In this document: positions 47,635 through 57,161 of the stretch, in pieces
Position numbering within the stretch: position 1 is the stretch's first letter
Layout: each line of letters opens with the position of its first letter
DNA from: Pyrinomonadaceae bacterium
GTDB lineage: Bacteria; Acidobacteriota; Blastocatellia; Pyrinomonadales; Pyrinomonadaceae
NCBI GenBank assembly: GCA_046313635.1
Contig: JBKBYA010000001.1
Coordinates: 831,481-895,480, forward strand
Length of the DNA stretch: 64,000 bases
Direction of reading: 5' to 3'
The notes under the pieces: generated by a model
What the model saw: the letters and a program-made list of their open reading frames with translations, nothing else
The model's database searches: none
What the model was told of the DNA's origin: nothing
Made by a program: the position numbers and the translations under genes

Positions 47635-47745
47635 GTAGTTGCGGAGTTGCGGGTAGTTGCGGAAAGTTGCAGATAGTTGCAGATAGTTGCAGATAGTTGC
47701 AGATAGTTTCAGAGAGTTTTGGGAAGTTTTAGAAAGTTGTGTTGC
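47635..47745. repeat. 10-bp tandem repeat array (AGTTGCAGAT), left arm
   Basis: 11 AGTT anchors from 47637 to 47735; first spacing 8, the rest 10; four perfect copies at 47665-47704. Confidence 0.95.
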
Positions 47746-48117
47746 TCATTTGTTTGTTGATCGCAGGTATTGAGCGAGCGAGAGCGTCATTCTCGAAATC
47801 TCGGTCAGCAGGCCGTAGAGTTCAGTGAATTCGCTCTCCGAGATATAGCCGAGTTCGCGGGCAAGGTGAAGGTGCGACTGGACCTCGGCGGCTGAGCCTC
47901 GTGCGAGATTCAGGAAGTTTGCAAATTCTGTGTTCGACTTGCGGCCGTGGCCTTCGGCGATATTTGCCATGATCGAGACCGAGGCTCGGCGGATCTGGTC
48001 TCGCAATCCAAAATCCCGAACAAAACCTCCGTCGTTGGTTGCGGCGTAGATCCGCACGGTTACGGCCCTGGCCTTTTGCCACGCCTCGATCTCCTCAAAG
48101 CTGCTGAAACGCGCCAT
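47746..48117 (-). CDS. four helix bundle protein (23S rRNA IVS protein-like family)
   Basis: FEEIEAWQKA, DFGLRDQIRRASVSIMANIAEG and FLNLARGSAAEVQSHL motifs. Confidence 0.93.
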   Translation of the reverse strand: MARFSSFEEIEAWQKARAVTVRIYAATNDGGFVRDFGLRDQIRRASVSIMANIAEGHGRKSNTEFANFLNLARGSAAEVQSHLHLARELGYISESEFTELYGLLTEISRMTLSLAQYLRSTNK

Positions 48118-48127
48118 AACACGCTAA

Positions 48128-48249
48128 AACTATCCGCAACTCTGCAACTATCTGCAACTCTGCAACTATCCGCAACTCTGCAACTATCTGCAACTCCGCA
48201 ACTATCTGCAACTCTGCAACTGTCTGCAACTCCGCAACTCTGTAACTAC
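48128..48249. repeat. 18-bp (10+8) tandem repeat array (AACTATCTGC-AACTCTGC), right arm, inverted relative to the left arm
   Basis: 14 AACT anchors from 48128 to 48244; spacings 10,8 six times, then 8. Confidence 0.95.
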
Positions 48250-48641
48250 TTCCCCCCGATCTTTACCTTTTCGCGAAATTGATTGATCGCGACGTATGTG
48301 ACCTCGGCTTCGGTGACCTTTACTTTTTGGCCGGTAGAGCCGAAGCGCTCGGCTTCGACGACGACGTGTACGGTGATCGACGTCGAGCCGACGCGGAGCG
48401 TCTCGGCGTAAAAGCTGACAAGGTCGCCCATAAAGACCGGCTCGTGAAAGATGACCTCTTTCATCGCGACCGTGACAAAGCGGTCATGCTTTGTATGGCG
48501 AACGGCCTCGACGCCGCCGGCGACGTCGATGTAGCTCAGGATGATGCCGCCGAATACGGTACCGTGCGCATTGGTGTCGCGCGGCATCATCGTCAAGCGT
48601 ATCGCGGCCTCTTTTGGTGTCTGTTGGTTGTTCTGGTCCAT
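48246..48641 (-). CDS. acyl-CoA thioesterase (hotdog fold, YciA-like)
   Basis: MPRDTNAHGTVFGG and VIFHEPV motifs. Confidence 0.92.
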   Translation of the reverse strand: MDQNNQQTPKEAAIRLTMMPRDTNAHGTVFGGIILSYIDVAGGVEAVRHTKHDRFVTVAMKEVIFHEPVFMGDLVSFYAETLRVGSTSITVHVVVEAERFGSTGQKVKVTEAEVTYVAINQFREKVKIGGK

Positions 48642-48656
48642 TCGTTTGCCCTTCGC

Positions 48657-48719
48657 AATAACTGAAAACCGATAGCTGAGAACTGACAGCGATTTCTCGG
48701 TTATCAGCTATCAGTTATT
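48657..48719. repeat. inverted 7-bp tandem repeat hairpin (ARCYGAN units)
   Basis: 48657-48682 matches the reverse complement of 48694-48719 at 21 of 26 positions. Confidence 0.8.
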
Positions 48720-49365
48720 TCGGAGAAATATGCTTCACCGTCCAATTGCGTATCGTCTCGCGTAATCGATCAAGGTGATCGTCAAAAAAGTGGCCGCAGT
48801 TGTCGAATATGACGAGTTCGGTCTCTGTGTTCTGCCCGACGCGGTCGACGAGCTTCTTCAAGTTTTCGACAGAGCCAAATTCGTCGCGGTCGCCGTGGAC
48901 AAATAGGATCGGCTTGCGGCACGCGGTCAGGAATTCGTAGTCGAGATACTTGTCGACCGGCGTGCCGATGCTGATCAGCCGCACGACGCGGTCGTCCGAG
49001 ACGCCGACCTCCATCCCGGTGCGCGAGCCGAAGGAGAAGCCGGCGAGCGTGATCTCGTCGGTCGGGTATTTTGCTGCGAGATAGTCGAGCGCGTCGCGGA
49101 CGTCCTCGCGGCCGCCCTCGATCTCGTCGTGCGTGCCGGTCGATGCGCCGACGCCGCGAAAGTTGAATCTCATCGTCACGAGTCCCGCGTCGACCAGCCC
49201 TGCGGCCGCGCGAAAGACGACCTTGTTGTGCATCGTCCCGCCGCCGAGCGGGTGCGGATGGCAGACCAGACCGACGCCGCGGCGCTCGCCGCCGTGCGGC
49301 TCCTTGATGATCGCCTCGAGCTGCCCGTGCGAGGCAGGGACCATAAGATTGCCCTTCGGGTACAT
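48715..49365 (-). CDS. alpha/beta hydrolase
   Basis: HPHPLGGGTMHNKVV, FNFRGVG, GFSFG and GHFF motifs. Confidence 0.9.
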   Translation of the reverse strand: MYPKGNLMVPASHGQLEAIIKEPHGGERRGVGLVCHPHPLGGGTMHNKVVFRAAAGLVDAGLVTMRFNFRGVGASTGTHDEIEGGREDVRDALDYLAAKYPTDEITLAGFSFGSRTGMEVGVSDDRVVRLISIGTPVDKYLDYEFLTACRKPILFVHGDRDEFGSVENLKKLVDRVGQNTETELVIFDNCGHFFDDHLDRLRETIRNWTVKHISPK

Positions 49366-49512
49366 ATCGAAATTTTTGATTGTAGGTTCTCGGTGAGGCT
49401 TATTCAACAGCCGCTCAAAACGCCCGAGGGCCGAAATTAGAAGTCGCGGCCGCATTCGTGATACTTTTCTTTTGTTCAAGAACGACCGCAGACGACTGGT
49501 TTTGACCGCTCA

Positions 49513-51327
49513 ATGGAAGAGATCGTAAACCCCGTGCCCGACTCGCCGGCACAGCAATCCGCCACCGCAGAAGCAAAGCCGACCTGGCGCCAAAGGCTCG
49601 AGACCGAGCAGGCCGTCAGGGTCATCTATCTCGTTTTTGGTCTGGTCGCGATCGCGATGACGATGGCGTTCACGCAGTTTCAGACGTCGGCGATCTGCTG
49701 CGGCGACTGGGACGGTTATTACCACATCCGCTGGAGCTCGCTGCTGTGGGAAAACTTTTCGCAAGGCAAGTGGCTGCCGACATTCGAGTGGCTGCCGCTG
49801 ACGGTGCTCAACCCGCAGGATTACGCCGATCATCACTTCCTTTTTCACCTTTTGCAGATACCGTTTCTCTGGTTCTTTGAGCCGGTGATGGCGGCAAAGG
49901 TAGCGGCGGTGGTCTTTGCGACGCTGGCGATCTTTTCGGTCTACTGGCTGATCTATCGATATCGGATCGACCAGCAGCTGATCTGGCTGCTCGCGCTTTT
50001 GACATGCGCGCCGATGTTCTACTACCGGATGAACATGGCCAAGGCCCCGCCGCTGACGATCGTCATCACCGTCATCGGCATCTACCTGCTGTTTGAACGC
50101 CGGTACGTTTGGCTCGCGCCGCTGATGTTCGCGTTTGTGTGGACGTACAGTTTGTTTCCGCTGCTCTGGTTCGCAGCGATCATCTGGACGGTCATAATCG
50201 CGTGGAACGAGCGCCGCTTCGAATGGCGGCCGCTCGCCTACACGACCGGCGGTATGGTGCTCGGCAATCTGATCAATCCGTACTTTCCGCACAACCTGAT
50301 GCTCTTTGCCGAGCACTTCATCACAAAGTTCAAGGTCGGCAGCGACTTTGCGGTCTCTGTCGGCGGCGAGTGGTATCCCTTTACGGGAATGGAGCTGCTG
50401 ACAAATTTCCCGGTCGCGCTCGCGGCGATGCTCGTCGGCTACATTCTCTTTATGCCGCGCGGCGCAAAGCTGCCCGAAAAGGCGACGTTCTTTTTGATGT
50501 TCGTGACGATACTGCTCGCGGCGCAGTTCCGGTCAAAGCGGTTTGCCGAGTATTTTCCGCCCTTCGCGGTGCTCTTTGTTGCCTTTAGCTGGGACGCTTT
50601 CAGACGCACAAGGCGCGGCAGCGAGCTGCCCGACGAAGTGCGGCGCGAGCTCGAGCCGTTTCTCGACGCGGACAAGCCGAGCAAAAAGGACGAGTGGATC
50701 GGCAGCATAAAGCAGGCAGGCGCGTGGTCGCTCGGCATCGTGCTCTTTGCGATCTTTGTCTTTAACATGGTCGGCTTTCACTACTTCGGGATCGATCAGA
50801 ACGGCCTTGTCGCCGACATTCGAAACAACGAGGACAACACTCGCTACAAGCGCGCGATGGACTGGGCCAACGCCAACATACCGGCAGGCGAGCGCATCTT
50901 TAACTGCAACTGGGACGACTTTCCGAAGCTATTCTTTTACGACCAAAAGCACTCGTACGTTTACGGCCTCGACCCGAACTATCTCTATTCGAAAGATCCG
51001 GAGCTTTACAAGACCCTGATGGACATCACCGGCGCAAAGGTCGACGACCCGGCGCCTGTGATCCGCGAAAAGTTTGGCGCAAATTACGTCTTTGCCGACG
51101 CAAAGGAGAACGACGATCTCATGATCAAGCTGCTCGACAGCGGCTGGGCCGAGACCGCGTACGACGACGACGAGGCGAGGATACTGCGTCTCAGAACGGT
51201 AAAGGGCGAGCCCGAGGGCGAGCAGGTCGAGGGCGGGCCCGAAACGCCCGAAGAGAAAAAGATCCTCGATGAAGAGGAGAAACGCGATGCGGCAAAAAAT
51301 GCAAACCCGGCGGACGAGGATCAGTAG
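49513..51327 (+). CDS. polytopic membrane protein, possible GT-C fold glycosyltransferase
   Basis: DWDGYYH after the first TM, many TM helices, C-terminal soluble domain with NWDDF. Confidence 0.6.
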   Translation: MEEIVNPVPDSPAQQSATAEAKPTWRQRLETEQAVRVIYLVFGLVAIAMTMAFTQFQTSAICCGDWDGYYHIRWSSLLWENFSQGKWLPTFEWLPLTVLNPQDYADHHFLFHLLQIPFLWFFEPVMAAKVAAVVFATLAIFSVYWLIYRYRIDQQLIWLLALLTCAPMFYYRMNMAKAPPLTIVITVIGIYLLFERRYVWLAPLMFAFVWTYSLFPLLWFAAIIWTVIIAWNERRFEWRPLAYTTGGMVLGNLINPYFPHNLMLFAEHFITKFKVGSDFAVSVGGEWYPFTGMELLTNFPVALAAMLVGYILFMPRGAKLPEKATFFLMFVTILLAAQFRSKRFAEYFPPFAVLFVAFSWDAFRRTRRGSELPDEVRRELEPFLDADKPSKKDEWIGSIKQAGAWSLGIVLFAIFVFNMVGFHYFGIDQNGLVADIRNNEDNTRYKRAMDWANANIPAGERIFNCNWDDFPKLFFYDQKHSYVYGLDPNYLYSKDPELYKTLMDITGAKVDDPAPVIREKFGANYVFADAKENDDLMIKLLDSGWAETAYDDDEARILRLRTVKGEPEGEQVEGGPETPEEKKILDEEEKRDAAKNANPADEDQ

Positions 51328-51775
51328 TGTAGCTCTGCTGGCCGCGAGCTTGATCGCCTCGGCCTGCGGCGCTAACGAGTCGATCCTTCGCTCAAACTCG
51401 CAAAGCGATCGGCCCGCCGCGTCCGGCAGCGTCGAGCCTGTAAGGACCTCGTTCGAAAAAGAACTCGAGGGGATGCGGACGGCCGACTTCGACCTTATAT
51501 TCGTCCTGCGGCGCCGCGACGGCGCTAAAATGGACGCCGACGACAGGGCCGCGATCAGAACGGCGACGGCCGAGGTCAACCGGCGCAATCTCGCGGACGA
51601 CGACAAGGCCGTCATCATCGGTTCGAACTACCCGATCTCGCCCGAGAATATGAAGTTGCTGACCGACCGCTTTGCCGTCGAGAACTTTTCAAAGCCCGAG
51701 GCCGAGCAAAAGCTGCGAGAGGCCGCCGCAAACCAAAACTCAAACTCCCTGACCCCGGACAATGGCCGACGCTGA
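51299..51775 (+). CDS. hypothetical lipoprotein
   Basis: Basic N-terminus, hydrophobic core, IASAC lipobox. Confidence 0.7.
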   Translation: MQTRRTRISSVALLAASLIASACGANESILRSNSQSDRPAASGSVEPVRTSFEKELEGMRTADFDLIFVLRRRDGAKMDADDRAAIRTATAEVNRRNLADDDKAVIIGSNYPISPENMKLLTDRFAVENFSKPEAEQKLREAAANQNSNSLTPDNGRR

Positions 51776-53057
51776 ATCAAATAAGACCGAACGGGCCGAC
51801 AGCGGCGCACGGCACGTCGCCGCGCAGCCAAAGCCCGTCGAGCCGAGCGATAAGGACCTCTCGAGCGTACCCGTCCAGCGCGTCGTGCTCGACAGGGCGT
51901 CATTCTCGTACCGCGTGATCATCCGCGTGGTCGTCGTGACGCTGCTGCTCCTGCTGGTCGCCAATCTTGTCCAGAGCGCGCTGGCGTCGCTGACGTTCCT
52001 GTTTTTCCTGGTCGTGCTGGCGGTCTTTTTTGCGTATCTGATCCAGCCGCTGGTCGGCCTGATCCGCAGGCCTTTTGTCGGGACGAGATACGAGCCCGCG
52101 ATGCCGCGAAGCTTTGCGATCGCTCTGGCGTACGTGCTCGTCTTTACGGCGCTCGGCTTCGGCATCGCCAACGTCGCGCCGCAGCTCAACACACAGGGCA
52201 GGGAATTTCTCTCTTCGCTGCCGACCTATGCGACCTCGATCCAGCGCTGGGCCAACGATCTCGGCCGCCGGTTTGACCGGATGCGTATCCCCGACGAGGT
52301 ACAGGCCCGCCTCGGCGAACGCGCGACGCAGACCGGCGAGGAGGTCGCCGCGACGATCGGCAACACGCTGCTCACGACCGCCAAGTACCTGCCGTGGCTG
52401 ATCCTCGTACCGATCCTGTCGTTCTTTTTTTTGAAGGACGTCAATCTGTTTCGGCTGAGTTTGCTGCGGGCTTTTCCGGCAGGGGAATGGCGTACGCGGA
52501 TGGAGGCCGTGCTGCAGGACGTCAACCGCACGCTTGCGGCCTACACGCGCGCGCAGCTGATCTCGTGCGGCCTGATCGGCGTGCTCTGCACCGTTGGATT
52601 TTATCTGATCGGGATGAAGTACTACCTGCTGCTCGGCCTGCTGGCCGGCGTGCTCGAGTTCATCCCGCTGCTCGGCCCTCTGACGGTCGGTCTTATCGCG
52701 GTGACGACGGCCGGGGCCTCGGACGAGCCGACAAGAGCGTTTTATGTCGCGGGATTCTTGATCGTGCTGCGTGTCGTCCACGATTACTTTACATACCCGC
52801 GGATCATCCGCGGCGGCATTCACCTGCATCCGCTCGCGGTCATCCTGTCGGTGCTCGCCGGCGAGCAGGTCGCGGGCATTCCGGGCGTCTTTATGGCGAT
52901 CCCGATCGTCGCTATCCTGACAGTCTTTTACAAACACGCGATGCAGCACAGCGGCAGCCGCGGTCTCTTTGCCGGATGGATCGAAGAAGAGAAGCGGCCC
53001 GAGACCGTTGCCGTCGAGACCGTCGCCGAACCCCTGCCCGAAGAGGGCCGGGCCTGA
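51762..53057 (+). CDS. AI-2E family transporter
   Basis: AYLIQPLV, FFFLKD, EFIPLLGP and GVFMAIP motifs. Confidence 0.88.
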   Translation: MADAESNKTERADSGARHVAAQPKPVEPSDKDLSSVPVQRVVLDRASFSYRVIIRVVVVTLLLLLVANLVQSALASLTFLFFLVVLAVFFAYLIQPLVGLIRRPFVGTRYEPAMPRSFAIALAYVLVFTALGFGIANVAPQLNTQGREFLSSLPTYATSIQRWANDLGRRFDRMRIPDEVQARLGERATQTGEEVAATIGNTLLTTAKYLPWLILVPILSFFFLKDVNLFRLSLLRAFPAGEWRTRMEAVLQDVNRTLAAYTRAQLISCGLIGVLCTVGFYLIGMKYYLLLGLLAGVLEFIPLLGPLTVGLIAVTTAGASDEPTRAFYVAGFLIVLRVVHDYFTYPRIIRGGIHLHPLAVILSVLAGEQVAGIPGVFMAIPIVAILTVFYKHAMQHSGSRGLFAGWIEEEKRPETVAVETVAEPLPEEGRA

Positions 53058-53060
53058 ACG

Positions 53061-54107
53061 TCAAGACAAAGCCGAAAGTACTACGTCCTTGAAGCCTCTC
53101 GGATCGTCTAGCTCGATCTCGGCGATCGCGACGAGCAAGGGCATCGACGCCGGCAGCCGCAGGCCGTCGAGCTTGACCGCGTCCTTCGCGGTCGTGACGA
53201 GCGCCTCGGCGCCCGACCATTCGGCCTCGCCGGCGAGGTCGTCGACGTCCTTTTGCGTGTAAGCGTGATGATCTGGAAATCGCTTGACGCCCGCGAGCCG
53301 CGCGTCGGCCGCGCCGCGCCGCAGCGATTCAAAAAAGACCTCGGGATTTCCGAGCCCGCAAAAGGCGAAGATGCTGTCGGGATGAACGGGCTTTTTACGC
53401 GAGCTTTCGTTAAGGAATTTCTCGACCGGCACCATTTCGGCTATCCGTGTGCCGGCATTGAAGATCGGCGCCGATCGACCGCGGCTTCGGACGTCGGCGG
53501 CGACGGCGTCGGTATCGTCGACCAGATCGGCGCGTGTGACGACGATCGCTCCCGCGCGGCGGAGACTGCCGACCGGCTCGCGAAGCCTGCCGGCCGGAAG
53601 CATGGATCCGCGCCCGAATGGATCGGTCGCGTCGACGCAGACGATGTCGAGATCGCGCCGCACACGCCGGTGCTGAAATCCGTCGTCGAGCACAAATACG
53701 GTCGGCGAGAATTTTGCTTTCGCCCACTCGGCCGCCGCCGCGCGATCGGCCTGAGCGATGACGATGGCTTTTGGCCCCAGCCGCCTGGCAAGCTCGACCG
53801 GCTCGTCGCCGCCGACATCGGCGCTGACGGGCAGGCCGGCTCCGTCCGAGACGAGTATGCGTTCATTTTCATTGCGGCGGCCGTAGCCGCGCGTGAGGAT
53901 GCAGACGCGCTCGCCGCTGTCGGCGAGTATCCGAGCGACGAGCGCGACAAGCGGCGTCTTGCCCGTGCCGCCCGTGGTGATATTGCCGACGCTTATGGTC
54001 GTCACGCCGAGCGAGCGCGCGGCGAGCAGGCCGCGGTCGTAGAGCAGGTTGCGCAGCCGTATCGCGAGGCCATAGATCCAGCTCAACGGTAAAAGCAAAA
54101 AGACCAT
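53061..54107 (-). CDS. lpxK: tetraacyldisaccharide 4'-kinase
   Basis: SVGNITTGGTGKTP, GDEP, LDDGFQH, FPDHH and TTAKDAVK motifs. Confidence 0.96.
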   Translation of the reverse strand: MVFLLLPLSWIYGLAIRLRNLLYDRGLLAARSLGVTTISVGNITTGGTGKTPLVALVARILADSGERVCILTRGYGRRNENERILVSDGAGLPVSADVGGDEPVELARRLGPKAIVIAQADRAAAAEWAKAKFSPTVFVLDDGFQHRRVRRDLDIVCVDATDPFGRGSMLPAGRLREPVGSLRRAGAIVVTRADLVDDTDAVAADVRSRGRSAPIFNAGTRIAEMVPVEKFLNESSRKKPVHPDSIFAFCGLGNPEVFFESLRRGAADARLAGVKRFPDHHAYTQKDVDDLAGEAEWSGAEALVTTAKDAVKLDGLRLPASMPLLVAIAEIELDDPRGFKDVVLSALS

Positions 54108-54673
54108 CAGAGGTCGAGAAAGTTCTGCAGCAGCAGCCTGCCGTGCTCGGTAAGTATCGACTCGGGATGAAACTGTACGCCCTCGACCTTATGCTCGCGG
54201 TGCCGGAGTCCCATGATCAGCCCGTCGGGCGACTCGGCCGAGATCTCGAGCTCGCCCGGCAGCGACGCGCGATCGACGACGAGCGAATGGTAGCGGCCCG
54301 CATTGAACCCGTCCGGAATATCCCTGAACAATGTTCGCCCGTCGTGCCTGATGACGACCGGCTTGCCGTGCACAGGTTCGGGGCCGCGTACGACCTTGCC
54401 GCCGTAGTGCTGACCGATCGCCTGGTGACCGAGACAGACGCCTAGGATAGGCAGTCTGCCCGCAAAACGCTTGATCGTCTCGAGCGTGATGCCGGCCGTG
54501 TCGGGCGTGCCAGGCCCGGGCGAGATTAGTATCTTGCCGGGTTTGATCTCGATCTCGATCTCATCGACGGTGACCTCGTCGTTGCGGACGACCTTCAATT
54601 CGGCGCCCAGCTCGCCGAGGTACTGGACGAGGTTGTAGGTAAAGGAATCGTAGTTGTCGACAACCAGCAGCAT
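54107..54673 (-). CDS. anthranilate/aminodeoxychorismate synthase component II (TrpG/PabA)
   Basis: DNYDSFTYN, SPGPG, GVCLGHQ and QFHPES motifs. Confidence 0.93.
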   Translation of the reverse strand: MLLVVDNYDSFTYNLVQYLGELGAELKVVRNDEVTVDEIEIEIKPGKILISPGPGTPDTAGITLETIKRFAGRLPILGVCLGHQAIGQHYGGKVVRGPEPVHGKPVVIRHDGRTLFRDIPDGFNAGRYHSLVVDRASLPGELEISAESPDGLIMGLRHREHKVEGVQFHPESILTEHGRLLLQNFLDL

Positions 54674-54718
54674 GGAACGATTCTAAATACCTTCGACGAT
54701 ACGCAACAAATCGGGCCG

Positions 54719-55501
54719 TCACGCAAGCGCCGTCCCGAGCAGCCATTGGCCGCCGTCGACGACGAGTGTGACGCCGTTGATGTAGCTCGCCGCGTCCGAG
54801 CAGAGAAAGAGAGCGGCATTCTCGATATCGGCGATCCGGCCAAATCGCCCGACCGGTATCTTGCGGACGATCTTTCCTTTCAGCTCCTCCGGCAAAAGCC
54901 TCTTCATCCCCTCGGTGTCCTCGATCGGCCCGGGTGCGATCCCGTTGACGCGGATGCCGTGACGTCCCCATTCGACCGAGAGACTGCGCGTGATGGCGTC
55001 AACGCCGGCCTTTGCCGCCGAGACATGGATCTGCATCGGCGTGGCGAGATAATGCAGCGTCGCCGATATGTTGAGGATCTGGCCCCGCGAACTCTTGAGC
55101 TGCTCAAAAGCAGCGCGGCATACGTTGAAGGTCCCTTTCGTATCGATATCGACGACCGTGCCGAAGCCGTTCGCCGACAGCTGCTCGGCCGCGCAGAGAA
55201 AGTTGCCTGCCGCGCCGTTGACGACGATATCGATCTTGCCGTAACGCCCGACAGTCGCGGCGATGGCGGCCTCGACCGCCGCGTAGTCGCGAACGTCCGC
55301 CGCGGCCGTGAAGCACTCGCCGCCAAACGACTCGACCGTTTGTTTCATCGCCGCAAGATTCTCCTCTTTGCGGCTCACGATCGCGAGCCGAGCGCCGTGC
55401 TCGGCAAGAGCCCTCGCGACGCCGCCCGTGATGCCCGTGCCGCCGCCTGTCACAAACGCGACCTTGTCCTCTAGAATGTCTTTTGCGAAAACATTGTTCA
55501 T
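54719..55501 (-). CDS. SDR oxidoreductase, 2,4-dienoyl-CoA reductase-like
   Basis: TGGGTGI, NGAAGNF and HVSAAKAGVD motifs. Confidence 0.88.
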   Translation of the reverse strand: MNNVFAKDILEDKVAFVTGGGTGITGGVARALAEHGARLAIVSRKEENLAAMKQTVESFGGECFTAAADVRDYAAVEAAIAATVGRYGKIDIVVNGAAGNFLCAAEQLSANGFGTVVDIDTKGTFNVCRAAFEQLKSSRGQILNISATLHYLATPMQIHVSAAKAGVDAITRSLSVEWGRHGIRVNGIAPGPIEDTEGMKRLLPEELKGKIVRKIPVGRFGRIADIENAALFLCSDAASYINGVTLVVDGGQWLLGTALA

Positions 55502-55519
55502 GATGGCCGGGATTGTAGC

Positions 55520-57154
55520 ATGAGAGACGACCTTCGATGGATGAGGCCTGCATTCGCGACGCGGCGTTTTGCCGACCACGGCGCGGCGAGTGTCGCGGTG
55601 CTATTTGCGGCGCTGCTGCTGGTTGCCGCGTGCGGTTCCAAGCCGTCGGACCTGCGAGAGATCGCACCCGCCGACTCGCTCGTCTACATCGAGACAAACG
55701 ACGTCGAAGCGGTGCTCAGGCCGATCGTCGAGAGCACGGCTTTTTCTCAGGCGGCCGCTGCAAGGCCCGATCTCTCGGCGCTTCGCGGTGTGCAGGTCGC
55801 GGTGGTCGTCACCGGATTTGAGACGACCGAGAACAAGATCAACGACGAGTCGTCGGTGCTCGACTTTCGCCCGCACTTTGCCGCGATCGTCGATACGCAT
55901 CTTTGGAATTGGCAGGCCCGCTCGTTTGCCGAGAATCAGGTCGGCGAATTCGTCAACAAGATCTACGGCGGCGGCGTACAGCTCGAGACCGGGCCCAAGG
56001 GCGGCGGGCATGAATTTATCTGGACGGCCGAAGACGGACGCAGGGTCTACGCATTCGTCGAGGGCAGTCTGCTGTTCTTTGCGAACGATCGATCGTCGAT
56101 CGACAAGTGCCTCGCGGTCCGCCGCGGCGAGGCGGAGTCGTTCGCAAAAACAGGAAAGGCAGCTTCGTCGCCGTCGACGCTCATCGCGGGATACGTCTCG
56201 CCTGAAGGCGTGGGCCAGATCGCCAACGTCATCGGCGCGGCCGAGGCTAAGGACTCGGGCGACGACGAGCAGCTGCAGAGCTTTGTCGCGCGAGTGCTGC
56301 CGCAGATCTTAAGGGGCTCGATCAGCGACGTCGTCTGGACGGCGGCGGCAGGGCCGGGCGGCGTCGAGGACCGTCTGACCTTTGCGACAAATGCAGAGGT
56401 GACGTCGGTCCTTAATGAGACGCTCGCTCCGGCCGATGCGATCGACACCTCGCTTCTGCAATTTGTCCCGGGCAGTCTGCCGAGCGTCACGCTTTACTCG
56501 CTCAAGGATCCGCGGATCGCTTGGCGAAGCGTGCTCCTGACGGCGCAGAGACTGACCGATCCCGCGACGGGGCAGATCCTGGCCGGATCTTCGAACGCGG
56601 TGTTTGAGCCGTACGGCGTCCGCGACGGCGAGATGTTTCTAAGCGCCGTGAGAGGCAGCATCGTGACGGCGCGGTTTGACGATGCGGGCGAGAGATCGGT
56701 CGTCATCGCGACCGCATCCGATCTTGAGAGGCTCCGCCGTTCGCTGCTGCCTGAATTGAAGCCCGACAAACAGAGAAGCGAAGCGGCCGGTGTCGACTTC
56801 TGGTACGCGCCGTCCGACGATGTCGCGGCCGCTTTTGTCGACGGCACGATCATCGCCGGCGACGCCGAGAGCGTCGTCAGGTGCCTTGGCGCGCGAGGCG
56901 CCGACAACGTGCTCAAGACCACGTCGGCGCACGGCCTCGCCAGCCTCAGAGGCCCGGCCGTAACGGTCGCGTTCGATACCATGATCGCATCTGACCTGGC
57001 GAGCGTTCTCGGCGAAAGAAAGGAGACCAAAGACAATGCCGCCGTACGATTTCTGACCGAGACACGCTTTACACGCTCGGGCGTCGAGCGGCGAGTGGTC
57101 TCCGAGGTCGGCCTCGCGGCGTCGATCGTTGCCGAGCTCGGGCTCGAGCCGTGA
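55520..57154 (+). CDS. hypothetical lipoprotein
   Basis: LVAAC lipobox; start could instead be 55541. Confidence 0.7.
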   Translation: MRDDLRWMRPAFATRRFADHGAASVAVLFAALLLVAACGSKPSDLREIAPADSLVYIETNDVEAVLRPIVESTAFSQAAAARPDLSALRGVQVAVVVTGFETTENKINDESSVLDFRPHFAAIVDTHLWNWQARSFAENQVGEFVNKIYGGGVQLETGPKGGGHEFIWTAEDGRRVYAFVEGSLLFFANDRSSIDKCLAVRRGEAESFAKTGKAASSPSTLIAGYVSPEGVGQIANVIGAAEAKDSGDDEQLQSFVARVLPQILRGSISDVVWTAAAGPGGVEDRLTFATNAEVTSVLNETLAPADAIDTSLLQFVPGSLPSVTLYSLKDPRIAWRSVLLTAQRLTDPATGQILAGSSNAVFEPYGVRDGEMFLSAVRGSIVTARFDDAGERSVVIATASDLERLRRSLLPELKPDKQRSEAAGVDFWYAPSDDVAAAFVDGTIIAGDAESVVRCLGARGADNVLKTTSAHGLASLRGPAVTVAFDTMIASDLASVLGERKETKDNAAVRFLTETRFTRSGVERRVVSEVGLAASIVAELGLEP

Positions 57155-57161
57155 CCGTCGC

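Noticed and set aside
47746..48117. DGR avd gene or true 23S rRNA intervening sequence
   Set aside because: No reverse transcriptase, TR/VR pair or rRNA sequence nearby
47635..48249. CRISPR array
   Set aside because: Units are 8-10 bp and contiguous with no unique spacers; no cas genes in the window
47947..48282. Plus-strand ORF with LQLSAT repeats
   Set aside because: By-product of the 18-bp DNA period; antisense to two well-supported genes
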